DNA of 64,000 nt from an uncultured Planctomycetaceae bacterium (GTDB lineage Bacteria; Planctomycetota; UBA8742; UBA2392). The notes under the pieces were generated by a model. That model made no database searches, was not told where the DNA came from, and worked only from the letters and a program-made list of their open reading frames with translations. A program made the position numbers and the translations under genes. Positions 26,960-37,659 of this stretch are shown here, piece by piece; position 1 is the first letter of the stretch, and each line of letters begins with the position of its first letter. The DNA is taken from assembly GCA_964652605.1 (NCBI GenBank), contig CAZZBH010000003.1, forward strand, positions 7,800-71,799. The letters run 5' to 3'.

Positions 26960-28774
26960 TCAGCGGCGGAGGTCTTTGAGTTCGAGCTCTACTTCGGGGT
27001 GGCCTCGCCAGGTGCTGATTCTGGGCGTGAAGGCGGCCCTTAGTTTGCTGCCGCGCTCGAACTCTCCTATGCGCGCCCCCATCCCGAACCCGATGGCCTT
27101 GAAGCTGCCGCTGCCGCTGCGCTTCAGCATCATGCTCAGGTGCCCCGTCCCGCGACCTACCACGCGCGGCGCCGAGGCGACCTCAAGATCCTCGGTTGAA
27201 AATACCGGCTCCGGGTTGCCCTGCCCGAACGGCTCCAGCGCTTCCAACCAGCGCACGCCCGCCACATCCAGCTCATGCAGATCGATGCGCGCATCGATGT
27301 CCAGCGTCGGCGTGGCATAGTCGGCTTGCAGCACGTGCTTATCGGCAACTTCATTTACGGCGCGGCGCAACAGCCCCATGTTTTCGCGGCTGATTTCAAG
27401 CCCCGCAGCCTGCTCGTGGCCGCCGAAGCGGCTCATCAGGCCGGAGCAATCGCTCAGCGCGTTGTACAGGTGAAAGCCCGGGATGCTGCGGCCCGAGCCG
27501 CGGCCCGTGCCGCCGTTGAGCGCAACCAGAACAGCCGGCTTGTTGAATCGCCGCGAGATTCGCGCGGCGACAATTCCGACGACTCCGGGGTGAAACTCGT
27601 CGTGCGAAAGCACCAGTACACGGTCGCGCGAATACGTTTCGTCGGCGAGCACGATTTCTTCGGCGATGCCGGTCAGTCTGCGGTCCACTGTCTGGCGCTG
27701 CTTGTTCAGCTCGTCGGCTTCGGCGGCGAGTTTGATGGCTTCGCCGTAACTGCGGGCGGTGAGCAGCTCGACGGCCAGGCTTTCGCGGCCCATGCGCCCG
27801 CCGGCGTTGAGGCGCGGCGCGATCTTGAATGCAATATCGGTGCCGGTTGGAACGCCCGTGAGACCGCTGGTTTCCATCAGCGCGCGAATGCCGGGGTTGG
27901 GGCTGTCGGGCATGCAGCGCAAGCCGCTGCGGGTCAACACGCGGTTGTCGCCGACCAGCGGCACGACGTCAGCCACGCTGGCAAGCGCGACCAGGCTTTG
28001 CGCGCCGGCGAGGAAGTCCTTGAACGCAGCGTCGAGGTCGCGCCCGGTTGACACGCGCTGCAGAAGCGCCCAAGCCAGCTTGAACGCCACGCCGGCGCCG
28101 CAAAGGTCGCGGAACTTCACTTCTTCGCCCTTGCAGTGCGGGTTGAGAATGGCATGCGCCGGCGGCAGCGTTTCGCCGACGGTGTGGTGGTCAGTGATGA
28201 TGGCGTCGATGCCCAGGTCGCGTGCAAGCTCAACCTCGCGGTTGGCCGTAGTGCCGTTGTCGCAGGTGATCAGCAGCTTCACGCCCCGCGCGGCGGCTTT
28301 GCGCACTGCGTTTTCACTCAAGCCGTAGCCGTCTTCAGCGCGCGAGGGGATGCAGGCATCGACTTCGCGGCCAAGCAGACGAAAGAAATTGACCAGCAGC
28401 GCGGTGCTTGCGCTGCCATCGACGTCGTAGTCGCCCTGAATTGCGATGCGCTCGCCGCGATCGAGTGCGGCGCGGATGCGCTCAACGGCCCGTTCCATGT
28501 CACGAAATGTGAAGGGGTCTTCAAGGTGGGCGCTGCTGGGGTTCAAGTAGCGCGAGGCTGTGTCCGGGTCGCGGATGCCGCGGTTGACCAGCGCACGGGC
28601 CACAAACTCCGGCACTCGCAGGCCCGCCGCCAGCTCCTGCACCAGCGAAGCGCGCTGCGAAGCGACACACCAGGCAGAATCAATGGGCGATCTTGCGCTG
28701 TCGGTTGCAGACTGCGGATTGCTCACCGCTACCCCCTGCCTGGCATTAGTACACCACAGTGCCGACAGGGGCAA
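26960..28774 (-). CDS. recJ: single-stranded-DNA-specific exonuclease RecJ
   Basis: DHH motifs: IAIQGDYDVDGSASTALL, LLITCDNG, DAIITDHH. DHHA1 GGHEQAAG. The N-terminal start is uncertain; only one Met lies in the ORF 5' region. Confidence 0.9.
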   Translation of the reverse strand: MPLSALWCTNARQGVAVSNPQSATDSARSPIDSAWCVASQRASLVQELAAGLRVPEFVARALVNRGIRDPDTASRYLNPSSAHLEDPFTFRDMERAVERIRAALDRGERIAIQGDYDVDGSASTALLVNFFRLLGREVDACIPSRAEDGYGLSENAVRKAAARGVKLLITCDNGTTANREVELARDLGIDAIITDHHTVGETLPPAHAILNPHCKGEEVKFRDLCGAGVAFKLAWALLQRVSTGRDLDAAFKDFLAGAQSLVALASVADVVPLVGDNRVLTRSGLRCMPDSPNPGIRALMETSGLTGVPTGTDIAFKIAPRLNAGGRMGRESLAVELLTARSYGEAIKLAAEADELNKQRQTVDRRLTGIAEEIVLADETYSRDRVLVLSHDEFHPGVVGIVAARISRRFNKPAVLVALNGGTGRGSGRSIPGFHLYNALSDCSGLMSRFGGHEQAAGLEISRENMGLLRRAVNEVADKHVLQADYATPTLDIDARIDLHELDVAGVRWLEALEPFGQGNPEPVFSTEDLEVASAPRVVGRGTGHLSMMLKRSGSGSFKAIGFGMGARIGEFERGSKLRAAFTPRISTWRGHPEVELELKDLRR

Positions 28775-28990
28775 GCGTGCACGCTACGTAACTTGTTTTA
28801 TCAACAGTGTTTCCGCAAAATATACGGACTTGACTGCCACGCCCTTGCTACGACAATCACACGACCACTTGTGGAGCGATTGGTGATCCAGCGTGTGCGA
28901 TATGTGCAATCATTTGACGCAACGTATTGCAAGAGGTACGGTTAGAAACCGCGGAGCCCGCGGCGCTAAAGGCTTTTGACGGAGGCACCG

Positions 28991-31900
28991 ATGAGGCAAA
29001 TGCTCGCCGCCGTAGTGGCGACAATTCTGGCGGGTTCAGTCTCGGCGCAGACAACCTTCGTCTCTACACCCAATCAGCCGATCCCCGACAATTCGCCCAA
29101 CGGCGTCACGAACACGATTGTCATTCCGCCCACGTCCGACCGCATCCGGTCATTGCGTGTCGGAGTGCGCATCCAGCACACATACACCGCAGACCTTGAT
29201 ATCTGGCTGATCCCGCCCGGCGTGACCTGGAGCGGGCCGTACACCACAATCAATAACGGGCCGGTGGTGGAGGCGCCCCCCGGCGTGATCCAGCTTTCCA
29301 CCAACAACGGCTCCTCTGGCGACAATTACGGCAGCACGACCAACTCGTCGGTTTACGCGAACTTCAGTTCACCCAGCGACACGACGTGGCCGGCTGCGCA
29401 ATCGGTGACTAACGGGAATGCCCCGTTCACGTCGCAGTCGCAGTGGATTCCGGAATGGCGGGGCGCGTGGGACACGATGTACGGGCGCGACCCTTCCGGC
29501 GCGTGGACGCTGGCTGTCGGTGACGGATGGGCGCTCGATACCGGCACCCTGCTGGCATGGCGGATCGAGTACATGCCCGTCACACCGCCGTCACTGATCG
29601 TGCGCCAGGGAGAGGCCAACCGCCCCGGCACGCCGGCTGTTCCGGGCCAGGCCGGCCAGGTGCTGGGCCAGGCCCGCATTGAGGCAGTCGGCAACAATGC
29701 CATTTCGGGCGTGACGGTGACGGCGCAGAACGGCGTGAACATCGGTACGAGCCTTTCGCAACTGGCGCTGTATGCGGACACAAACGAAGACGGGCTGCTT
29801 GATCCGGGTGACACCTTTCTTCTGGCAGCGTCCTTGTCGGGCAGCACCGCGACGTTCAACTTCGGGGCGTCGGTGCCGCTGACATCGGGCACGACCGCGG
29901 CGTTGCTTCTCGTTGGCGACGTGCGGCCATCGCCGGCTGCTACGGGCTTGACGCTGCAGATCACGAATGCCGGCGCAATCGGCGGTGCGACGGGGGTGTT
30001 CGGGGTTTTTCCGGTGGTGTTTGGATTTCATCCGTTTGCGAGCTTGCGCACCTACACCAGCGTGCCGCCTGGCGGCAGGCAAATTCCGAACAACCAGGCG
30101 TATGGCGTGCGGGACTCGATTCAGATCCCGCCATTGAACGAGCGCGCGGCAAGCATCCGTGTCGGCGTGCGAATCCAGCACGACCGGCTTCAGGACATTG
30201 ACATGTATCTGCTGCCGCCGGGCGTGGACTGGAGCGGGCCCTATACCGGCTCCGGACCAGCCGGAGTGATTGAACTGAGCTCCGACAATGGCGGCAACGG
30301 CGACAACTACGGGACGGGCAACGGGCCGTTCGTGTTCACGTTATTCTGCAGCCAGACAGACCCGAATCTTGCCTGGCGCGCCAACCGCAACATCATCACT
30401 TCAAATCAGAATGAAGCACCGTTCACGCACCGTCCCGCCTACTACCCCGAAGACCAGAGCGATTTCAACGCGCTGTACAATGCGGATCCTTCGGGCCAGT
30501 GGACACTGGTTGTTCTGGATGATGCAGGCCAGAACAACGGCGGCGAGTTGATCGGTTGGCAGATCGAGTATCTGGCTCACCCGATTGCCACGCTGGCTGG
30601 CAACGCGGACCTTGGATCGGCGACCGTAGGATTCCCCAGCGGGGTGTCACCGCGCACTTTCACGATCGGCAACGACGGGGACTATCCGCTGGCGGTATCG
30701 GGCATCACGTTTGTCGGCGCGCACGCGGCGGATTTCAGCCGCAACGCGATATCGTTTCCGGTGAACGTCGCGCCCGGTGGCAGCTTCAACTTTAACGTGA
30801 CCTTCACGCCGACGGCTGATGGCGTGCGGCATACAACGCTTCGCGTGCTGTCGAACGAGAACGGCATCCCGGGCACCGCGGACGACATAACGATCTGGGG
30901 CTTTGGCGAAATGCCGGACCAGTTGCTGATCAATCCAGGGTTCAACAATCATCCGGGAGAGAGTTTCAAACACGCCGAAACCAACGCGGTCTTCGGGCAG
31001 TACGAGTTCGCCACTGGGGCCTCAGCGGTGACGGTGAACAGCGTGACGATCCGCGAGGAGTCAAACCTTGCGTTGGCCGCCAACCTGTCCAACCTGCGCC
31101 TGTATCACGACACCGACAACGACGGCGAGCACGGCCCGGGCGACGTGTTACTGGGCATCGCGGCGCTGGGGCCTACAGACGGGTTCGCTACGTTCAATGT
31201 GGGCCGCGTGATCGGTGCGCAGACCTTTGAGAATTGGATTGTTGTCGGCGACGTGCTTGCCACACCCGTCAACCAGCTGCTTGCGCTTGAGATTCGCGCC
31301 GCGACGGACGTAGTTGCCTCGCACACTCCGGCTGTGCTGTTCCCGGTATCAACGGGCCCGCGCACGCTGGATTCACAACGCGTGTTTACCAACACGCATC
31401 CCGGTGGCCTCTTGATCCCGAACAGCAGCACTGTCGGCGTGACCAGCAGCATCGTGATCCCGCCGACGACTGAGACAATCGCAGCGTTTCGCGTCGGTGT
31501 GCGCATCGATCACCCCGTGGATGAAGACATCGAGATGTGGCTGATCCCCCCCGGCGTGACGTGGAACGGACCATACTCCGGCAGCGGGCCAGCCGGGGTG
31601 ATCGAGCTGTCGAGCGACAACGGCGGCTCCGGCCAGGACTATGGCAGCGGCGCGTTTGACTTCGTGTATGCCAACTTCACGTCGGCGACTGACCAGGTTT
31701 TCACGCCGTCGGTGAACATTGCCGGGCAGGGCACCAGTGCCGCGCCGTTCACGAGCACGTACTACCGCCCCGAAGATCAAACCGACTTCAACGCGCGCTA
31801 TGGGCAAAGCCCGTCCGGCACCTGGACGCTGGCGGTGCGCGACGACGCCGGAAACCAGTTTACGACCGGCCGCCTGATTTCATGGCAGATCGAGTACAGG

Positions 31901-34900
31901 CCGCCGGCGACGCCGGTGGTCACCGGATTGTCTGACTGGGGCGGCAGCAACGTCGGTGCAGCTTCCGGGTTGAACCCGCAGTCGTACACAATCACCAACG
32001 TCGGCGGAACGCAGCTTGACATAACCGGCCTTTCGCTTGCCGGCGCAAATCCCGGCGACTGGGCCTTCAACGGGCCCACCGGCGCGCCGCTGTCTTTGGC
32101 ACCCGGATCGTCGCACAACCTTGCGCTGAATTTTGCACCGACCGCACTGGGGGCGCGCGCAGCCGTTTTGCGCGTTACCTACAACAACGGGCTGCAATCA
32201 GGTTTGACGCTGAACTTTTCTCTCACCGGCCTGGGCACGCGCGGTTTGATCGGCGTAACTACGCCCGTCGATTACGGCAGCGGGTTGATCGGAAGTCCGT
32301 CATCCGGGTCGCCGGTCACGCACACCGTAGCCAACACGGGCAATGGTCCGTTGACGATCACGGGCGTAAGCCTGCAGGGCACGCATGCCGCAGACTGGTC
32401 GCTGTCCGGCTTGCCGATCTTTCCCGTGGTGATACCGGTCGGCGGTAATCTTCAGTTCACGGGCACGCTCGTCGCCGATGATGTCGGCACGCGGCAAGCC
32501 ATCATCCGCATTACCAGCGACACCAACAACGCTCCCGGCACGCCGACCGATATCGCTGTATCCGGCGTGGGCATCGCCTTTGGCGAAATCGATGTGACAT
32601 CACCGGTGGATTATGGTCAGGGCAACCCCGGCAATGCTTCGTCGCTTTCGCCGGTTACGCACCAGGTCAACAACATCGGCGCATCGCCGCTGACGGTCAC
32701 CAGTGTGGTGATGGCCGGCACCGACGCCGGTGACTGGATGCTCAGCCTGCCCGGCATGCCGGTAGTGATCGCGCCCATGGGCTCGTTCACGTTTCAGGCT
32801 ACCCTGACGCCGTCGGCTGTCGGCCCGCGCAACGCGATTGTGCGCGTGTTCAGCGACACTGGTGGCGTACCGGGAACGCCCACGGACATTGTTGTGTTCG
32901 GTCTCGGCACGGCAGGTGTCATCCAGACCGCGGGTGGGCCGGTTGATTACGGCTCAGCCAACCCGGGCACGGTAAGCAGCCTTTCACCCCGGACGCACGT
33001 GATCTCCAACATCGGCAACGGGCCGCTTACACTTTCAAGCATCGGCATTGTCGGCACGCATGCGTCCGAGTGGCAGATCATTTCCGCCCCGCCGACGCCC
33101 GTGGTGATCGGCCCGAGCGGCAGCATCAACGTGCAGGTGCAGATGACTCCCGGCGGCATCGGCCTGCGTGAAGCCACGTTGCGCATCGAGAGCGACAGCA
33201 ACGACACGCCCACGCAGACAAACGTGGCATTACAGGCGCAGGGCACACGCGGCGTGCTATCGACCGACGCTGGGCCGGTTGACTATGGCGCGGGCGAGAC
33301 CGGCACCCCAAGCGCGCTTTCGCCGCGCACGCACGTGCTTGCGAACACTGGCGACGGCCCGTTGACGATTTTCGGCATCAGCCTGCTGGGTACGCACGCC
33401 GCCGACTGGACGTTGATCGGCGCGCCTTCAGGCTTTCCGGTCATCATTCCGGTTGCGGGCAGCATTCAGTTTGACGGCCAGCTTGTGCCGGCGGCGATGG
33501 GCGCACGAGATGCCGTCCTGCGCATCGAAAGCGACAGCAACGACATGCCCACTCAAACAAACGTACCGCTGCAAGGCTTGGGACTGGCCGCGACGACCGT
33601 AAGTGGGGTGACGGTTGGCGGCGACACCGGCGGCCCGGTGCTGGTTCAAGCACTGGTGTCTGGTCCGATGTCTTCACTGGTGGATGTGACGGTAACCTAT
33701 GCGGGCGGCAGCAATCCCGGCCCCGCGGTGCTGTCTGATGCTGGCGGTCTGGCGGTTTCGGGCAACATGATCCAGGGCATTCCGGCAAACACCACGCTGT
33801 CACTCCTGTGGGATGCCTATGCGTCTGAGCGCCATACCACCGCGTCAGACTACGTGCTGACACTGACCCCGTCGCAGGCGGCAGTGCTTGGCGAGCCGGG
33901 CAGCAGCGCGCCGTTCACGCTGCAACGCTCCGGCGGGTGGGCGCACCACGTGTCGCCCGAGGGCGCGGCGCCGGGCGTGTATTCGCACACCATGGTGTAC
34001 GACGACGCGAATGACCGTGCCGTGGTTTTCGGCGGGCGCGACACCGGCGCCAGGCTGAACACCGTGTGGGTGTTCGAGCGTTCAAGCCAGTATCAGGGAT
34101 GGCATCAGCTTCAGCCCGCCGGCACGCCTCCGTCGGGGCGGCAGTACTCGCACGCGATCTATGATGCCGCAAACCAGCGCATGGTGGTTCACGGTGGTTT
34201 GACCGACGGCGGCGTCGCGGCCGATACCTGGGCGCTGAGCCTTGTTCGCGGCTCAGAGGCATGGACGCAGATCGCCGCTGGTTCACCGCCGCCTGCGCGT
34301 CGCAGCGCCAGTCTTGTCGTTGACACGGCACGCAACCGCGCGCTGCTGTTTGGCGGTATGGGAGCGGGCAATTTCAACGACGTGTGGGCGCTTGATCTTG
34401 CGACCGATACCTGGAGTCAACTGACGCCGTCGGGCAGTCCGCCCGTTGCGCGATTCGGTCACGCAGCGGCACTGGACGCAACCGGCGACCGCATGCTGGT
34501 GATCGGCGGCAGGTCCGGCACGGGCGATTTAATGGATGTCCATGAGCTCAGCCTGGCCGGCGCGGGAACCTGGGGCGCGATTGCCGTGCTGGGAACGCCG
34601 CCTTCGCCGCGGTACTTCACGACTTACGGATGGGATGCGGTCAATCGACGTCTTATCCTGCAGTGCGGCTACAGCGGCACGACGCCGCAGCGAGACATGT
34701 GGTACCTTTCGGCGGCTGGCGGCCCGACCTGGAGCCAGTTGCCCCCTGACGCCAATGCCGGCACGGGCCGGGTTGTAGGCGGCGCGGTACTGGACATCGC
34801 GCGCGAGGAGCTTCTGTTCTACGGCGGCACGGGGGTTGCGGGCCTCACATCGCCCGCGGTTTCCGTGCTTGACGTGTCTGCCGCGCCGGCGTGGGCGCCA

Positions 34901-36820
34901 TCAGCCGGCCCTGAGCCGGTGGGGCCGGACGGCCGCTGGGGCGGCTTGATGGCCTGGGATCATATTAACGACCGCGTGATTGCATGGGGTGGCAAAGACC
35001 ACACCTCGTACTTCGGTGACGTTTGGGTGCTTGATCAGTCATCCTTGACTGGCGAGTGGACACGGCTGCCGGTATCGGGGCCGCAGCCCGCGCCGCGCAC
35101 CTATTGCGCCTACGCCGTGGACACAGTGAACAACCGCCTGATCATTCACGGCGGCGGAATCTCCACCGGCAGCCTTACGAACGAGTTGTGGACGCTGGAT
35201 CTTGCCGCCGGCACCTGGACCCAGTGGCCGACAGGCGGCGGGCCGGCGCCGCGCGACCAGCACGTGCTGGTGTATGACAGCCTGCGCAACCGCGCCATCA
35301 TTCACGGCGGGCGCGCACCAACACCGAGCAACGGCGCGTGGGCGTACAACTTTGATCTGGGTATGTGGGCCGCGGTCGCGCTGCCCGCCGGGCCGATCGG
35401 CTTGTATGGCCATGGTGCAACCTATGACAGTGTCAACGACCGCATGGTGGTGTTCGGCGGACGCAGCACGGTTGCGCGGCACAACGAGGTGTGGGCGCTG
35501 AGCCTGGCACCGTCCAGCGAGCAGTGGACCGACATTTCGGCGCAGACGGGAACAATCCCGACGGGGCGCCAGTACTTCGGGGCAGCCTCCAACAGTCTGG
35601 GCACGCGCGCCTGGATTCACGCCGGCGACATTGGCGGCGCGACCAGCGAACTGTGGCAGCTTGACCTGGCTGGCACAGAGGCTGCCTGGACGCTGATGCC
35701 CACTCTCGGCTCAGCGCCGCTGCCGCGCTATCTGGGCAATGCCTGCATCTCGCCCGGCGGCATGCTGTATGCGGGGTTCGGGTTCCTCGACAATCGCGGC
35801 GCAGCCGATGTCTGGCGCTATGACACCCTGGCGCCGGGTGGCGGATGGACGCAGACCGGTGGCGGCGCGCCCCTGTCACTGGTTTCGACCAGTCATGCGT
35901 ACGACCCTGTCGGCAACCGCCTGATCGCCTTTGGCGGCCTTGGCGGGGGCGTGCACCAGACCGGATTGTGGCAGCTTGACCTGTCAAGCCCGGTGGCTGA
36001 GTGGTCGCCGTTGAACGTGTCAGGCCCGTCGCCAAGCGCGCGACGCAGCGCGAGCATGGTGTACGACGGAAGCAGCTCACCTCCGCGCATGCTGATGTTC
36101 GGCGGCCGCACCGCCTATGACCACGCCAGCATTGTCAGTGAGCTGTGGGCACTGGAACTCAGCCCGGGCAATGAGCAGTGGATAGAGCTTGCACCGACGT
36201 TCACGCAGCACCCCGGTGCGCGCACGAACCACGGCGCGGTAATCGATGGCAGCAACCGCATGATCGTGTACGGCGGCATCAACACTTCCGGCACCAGCAT
36301 CGGAACCGTGTTCGCCCTTGACCTGGGCACGCTGGACTGGAGCCAGTTGACGCCCACAGGCGTGTCGCCGCCGCCGCGCTATTCCATGGCCATGGTGTAC
36401 GACGCGCCGCGCAATCGCATTGTCATCCACGGCGGCATCCAGACCGGCGGCACGCTGCTGGCTGACACCCGCGTGCTAAGCCTCAGCGGAACACCTGCCT
36501 GGAGTGTGCTGTCGGCAAGCGGTACCGGCCCGGGGGCGCTGTACTACGCGGGCGCGGTAGTGGACCCTGCAGGCGAGCGCATGCTGATTTCGTGCGGCCA
36601 CGCCGTGGTGCCGCAGTCGCGCCTGTTTGAACTTGACCTTGCAACGGACACTTGGGCTGAGCGCACGCCCCCTGTCGCCCGGCCGCAGGCGCGCTGGTCG
36701 CATATCGCCGTTTGGGATACTGCCGGCAGCCGCATGGTGCTCGCCGGCGGCTACCTGCAGGGCGAGGTACCGGCATCGCAGGCCGGCGGCCGCGCGGACA
36801 CATGGTTCTGGGGCGAGTAG
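28991..36820 (+). CDS. giant secreted multi-domain protein: 3 proprotein-convertase P-domains, 6 choice-of-anchor-D-like modules, long Kelch-repeat region
   Basis: GGAGG lies 6 nt before ATG 28991. Signal peptide MRQMLAAVVATILAGSVSAQ. The P-domain pattern IP(D/N)N..GV...I.IPP....I...RVGVRI.H....D(L/I)(D/E)(I/M)WLIPPGV.W.GPY...W(R/Q)IEY occurs three times (about 29.05-29.59, 30.05-30.58 and 31.38-31.90 kb). Choice-of-anchor-D-like modules have VDYG....SP.TH...N.G..PLT. Kelch-like motifs (.W.L.P.G.PP..R..H...YD...R..V.GG) run from about 33.95 kb to the end. Confidence 0.85.
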   Translation: MRQMLAAVVATILAGSVSAQTTFVSTPNQPIPDNSPNGVTNTIVIPPTSDRIRSLRVGVRIQHTYTADLDIWLIPPGVTWSGPYTTINNGPVVEAPPGVIQLSTNNGSSGDNYGSTTNSSVYANFSSPSDTTWPAAQSVTNGNAPFTSQSQWIPEWRGAWDTMYGRDPSGAWTLAVGDGWALDTGTLLAWRIEYMPVTPPSLIVRQGEANRPGTPAVPGQAGQVLGQARIEAVGNNAISGVTVTAQNGVNIGTSLSQLALYADTNEDGLLDPGDTFLLAASLSGSTATFNFGASVPLTSGTTAALLLVGDVRPSPAATGLTLQITNAGAIGGATGVFGVFPVVFGFHPFASLRTYTSVPPGGRQIPNNQAYGVRDSIQIPPLNERAASIRVGVRIQHDRLQDIDMYLLPPGVDWSGPYTGSGPAGVIELSSDNGGNGDNYGTGNGPFVFTLFCSQTDPNLAWRANRNIITSNQNEAPFTHRPAYYPEDQSDFNALYNADPSGQWTLVVLDDAGQNNGGELIGWQIEYLAHPIATLAGNADLGSATVGFPSGVSPRTFTIGNDGDYPLAVSGITFVGAHAADFSRNAISFPVNVAPGGSFNFNVTFTPTADGVRHTTLRVLSNENGIPGTADDITIWGFGEMPDQLLINPGFNNHPGESFKHAETNAVFGQYEFATGASAVTVNSVTIREESNLALAANLSNLRLYHDTDNDGEHGPGDVLLGIAALGPTDGFATFNVGRVIGAQTFENWIVVGDVLATPVNQLLALEIRAATDVVASHTPAVLFPVSTGPRTLDSQRVFTNTHPGGLLIPNSSTVGVTSSIVIPPTTETIAAFRVGVRIDHPVDEDIEMWLIPPGVTWNGPYSGSGPAGVIELSSDNGGSGQDYGSGAFDFVYANFTSATDQVFTPSVNIAGQGTSAAPFTSTYYRPEDQTDFNARYGQSPSGTWTLAVRDDAGNQFTTGRLISWQIEYRPPATPVVTGLSDWGGSNVGAASGLNPQSYTITNVGGTQLDITGLSLAGANPGDWAFNGPTGAPLSLAPGSSHNLALNFAPTALGARAAVLRVTYNNGLQSGLTLNFSLTGLGTRGLIGVTTPVDYGSGLIGSPSSGSPVTHTVANTGNGPLTITGVSLQGTHAADWSLSGLPIFPVVIPVGGNLQFTGTLVADDVGTRQAIIRITSDTNNAPGTPTDIAVSGVGIAFGEIDVTSPVDYGQGNPGNASSLSPVTHQVNNIGASPLTVTSVVMAGTDAGDWMLSLPGMPVVIAPMGSFTFQATLTPSAVGPRNAIVRVFSDTGGVPGTPTDIVVFGLGTAGVIQTAGGPVDYGSANPGTVSSLSPRTHVISNIGNGPLTLSSIGIVGTHASEWQIISAPPTPVVIGPSGSINVQVQMTPGGIGLREATLRIESDSNDTPTQTNVALQAQGTRGVLSTDAGPVDYGAGETGTPSALSPRTHVLANTGDGPLTIFGISLLGTHAADWTLIGAPSGFPVIIPVAGSIQFDGQLVPAAMGARDAVLRIESDSNDMPTQTNVPLQGLGLAATTVSGVTVGGDTGGPVLVQALVSGPMSSLVDVTVTYAGGSNPGPAVLSDAGGLAVSGNMIQGIPANTTLSLLWDAYASERHTTASDYVLTLTPSQAAVLGEPGSSAPFTLQRSGGWAHHVSPEGAAPGVYSHTMVYDDANDRAVVFGGRDTGARLNTVWVFERSSQYQGWHQLQPAGTPPSGRQYSHAIYDAANQRMVVHGGLTDGGVAADTWALSLVRGSEAWTQIAAGSPPPARRSASLVVDTARNRALLFGGMGAGNFNDVWALDLATDTWSQLTPSGSPPVARFGHAAALDATGDRMLVIGGRSGTGDLMDVHELSLAGAGTWGAIAVLGTPPSPRYFTTYGWDAVNRRLILQCGYSGTTPQRDMWYLSAAGGPTWSQLPPDANAGTGRVVGGAVLDIAREELLFYGGTGVAGLTSPAVSVLDVSAAPAWAPSAGPEPVGPDGRWGGLMAWDHINDRVIAWGGKDHTSYFGDVWVLDQSSLTGEWTRLPVSGPQPAPRTYCAYAVDTVNNRLIIHGGGISTGSLTNELWTLDLAAGTWTQWPTGGGPAPRDQHVLVYDSLRNRAIIHGGRAPTPSNGAWAYNFDLGMWAAVALPAGPIGLYGHGATYDSVNDRMVVFGGRSTVARHNEVWALSLAPSSEQWTDISAQTGTIPTGRQYFGAASNSLGTRAWIHAGDIGGATSELWQLDLAGTEAAWTLMPTLGSAPLPRYLGNACISPGGMLYAGFGFLDNRGAADVWRYDTLAPGGGWTQTGGGAPLSLVSTSHAYDPVGNRLIAFGGLGGGVHQTGLWQLDLSSPVAEWSPLNVSGPSPSARRSASMVYDGSSSPPRMLMFGGRTAYDHASIVSELWALELSPGNEQWIELAPTFTQHPGARTNHGAVIDGSNRMIVYGGINTSGTSIGTVFALDLGTLDWSQLTPTGVSPPPRYSMAMVYDAPRNRIVIHGGIQTGGTLLADTRVLSLSGTPAWSVLSASGTGPGALYYAGAVVDPAGERMLISCGHAVVPQSRLFELDLATDTWAERTPPVARPQARWSHIAVWDTAGSRMVLAGGYLQGEVPASQAGGRADTWFWGE
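32240..33590 (+). repeat. four tandem ~111-codon choice-of-anchor-D-like modules (intragenic tandem repeat)
   Basis: Consecutive units begin GLIGVTTPVDYGSG, EIDVTSPVDYGQG, VIQTAGGPVDYGSA and VLSTDAGPVDYGAG. The last two share LRIESDSND(T/M)PTQTNV. Confidence 0.8.
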
Positions 36821-36863
36821 CGCGGGGGCGTACACGCGGCGGCCCGCAAGGTGGTATAACAAC

Positions 36864-37574
36864 GTGGTGTCATTGCTTCGCCCCATTCACGCCGCCCGCG
36901 CCCGCCTGAGGCCGCTGCTGCGCCCGCTGTCTCTGCAATGGCAGTGGCGGCTGCTGGGCCGCAAGATTGATCGCGATCAATGGTCGTCGCCTCCGCCCGA
37001 AGTCGATCATCGCTACCGGCGCATGATGAGCCTGAGCTGGGAGCAAACCGCCGCGGAGTACCCCGAGTACTTCGCCCGTCTGCGAGCGTCGGTTGGGCGC
37101 ACGCGCGGCGTTGTGCTTGAGCTGGGTTGTGGCTCGGGCAACATGACGCGCTGGATTGCCGCCCGCGATGAGGTCAGCCGGGTCGTCGCCGTGGATGCGT
37201 TTGCGCAAGCTGTGAGCAGGCTGCAAAGCCACAACCTGCCCAAAGTCGAGGTTCGCCGCGCCGATATGGCAAAGCTTCAGCTCGATCCAGCAGAGCGCTT
37301 CGACACGCTGGTGATGTGCGAGCTGCTGGAGCATCTCTACCCTGACGAGGAGCGTGCCTTGCGCGCCGCAGCGCTGCCGTGCATGGCTGACGACGCCGGC
37401 TATGTGATCTCGGTGCCGAACGGGTGGCTTGAAGACCCTCACCACGTGCGCTCGTTTTCTGCTTCGGCGCTTGAGAGGCACGCGGCGCGGCACTACGGGC
37501 CGGTGCTCGGGCGCGATGACAGCGCCGGGTACTCACAGGTGATCTGGGGCCGCATCGGCAATCGGGGTGTATAG
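36864..37574 (+). CDS. class I SAM-dependent methyltransferase
   Basis: Motif I VLELGCGSGNMTRWIA and post-I VVAVD. ORF 36627.. overlaps the giant gene's end. GTG 36864/36867 or ATG 37023 are possible starts. Confidence 0.7.
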   Translation: MVSLLRPIHAARARLRPLLRPLSLQWQWRLLGRKIDRDQWSSPPPEVDHRYRRMMSLSWEQTAAEYPEYFARLRASVGRTRGVVLELGCGSGNMTRWIAARDEVSRVVAVDAFAQAVSRLQSHNLPKVEVRRADMAKLQLDPAERFDTLVMCELLEHLYPDEERALRAAALPCMADDAGYVISVPNGWLEDPHHVRSFSASALERHAARHYGPVLGRDDSAGYSQVIWGRIGNRGV

Positions 37575-37659
37575 TGTCGGCGGGCGCGGCCAGGCTATCC
37601 ACCGACAATCCAGACCTTCTGTAGCTTTGACGCTGCGCTAGCCTTTGATTCCGGGGCAC

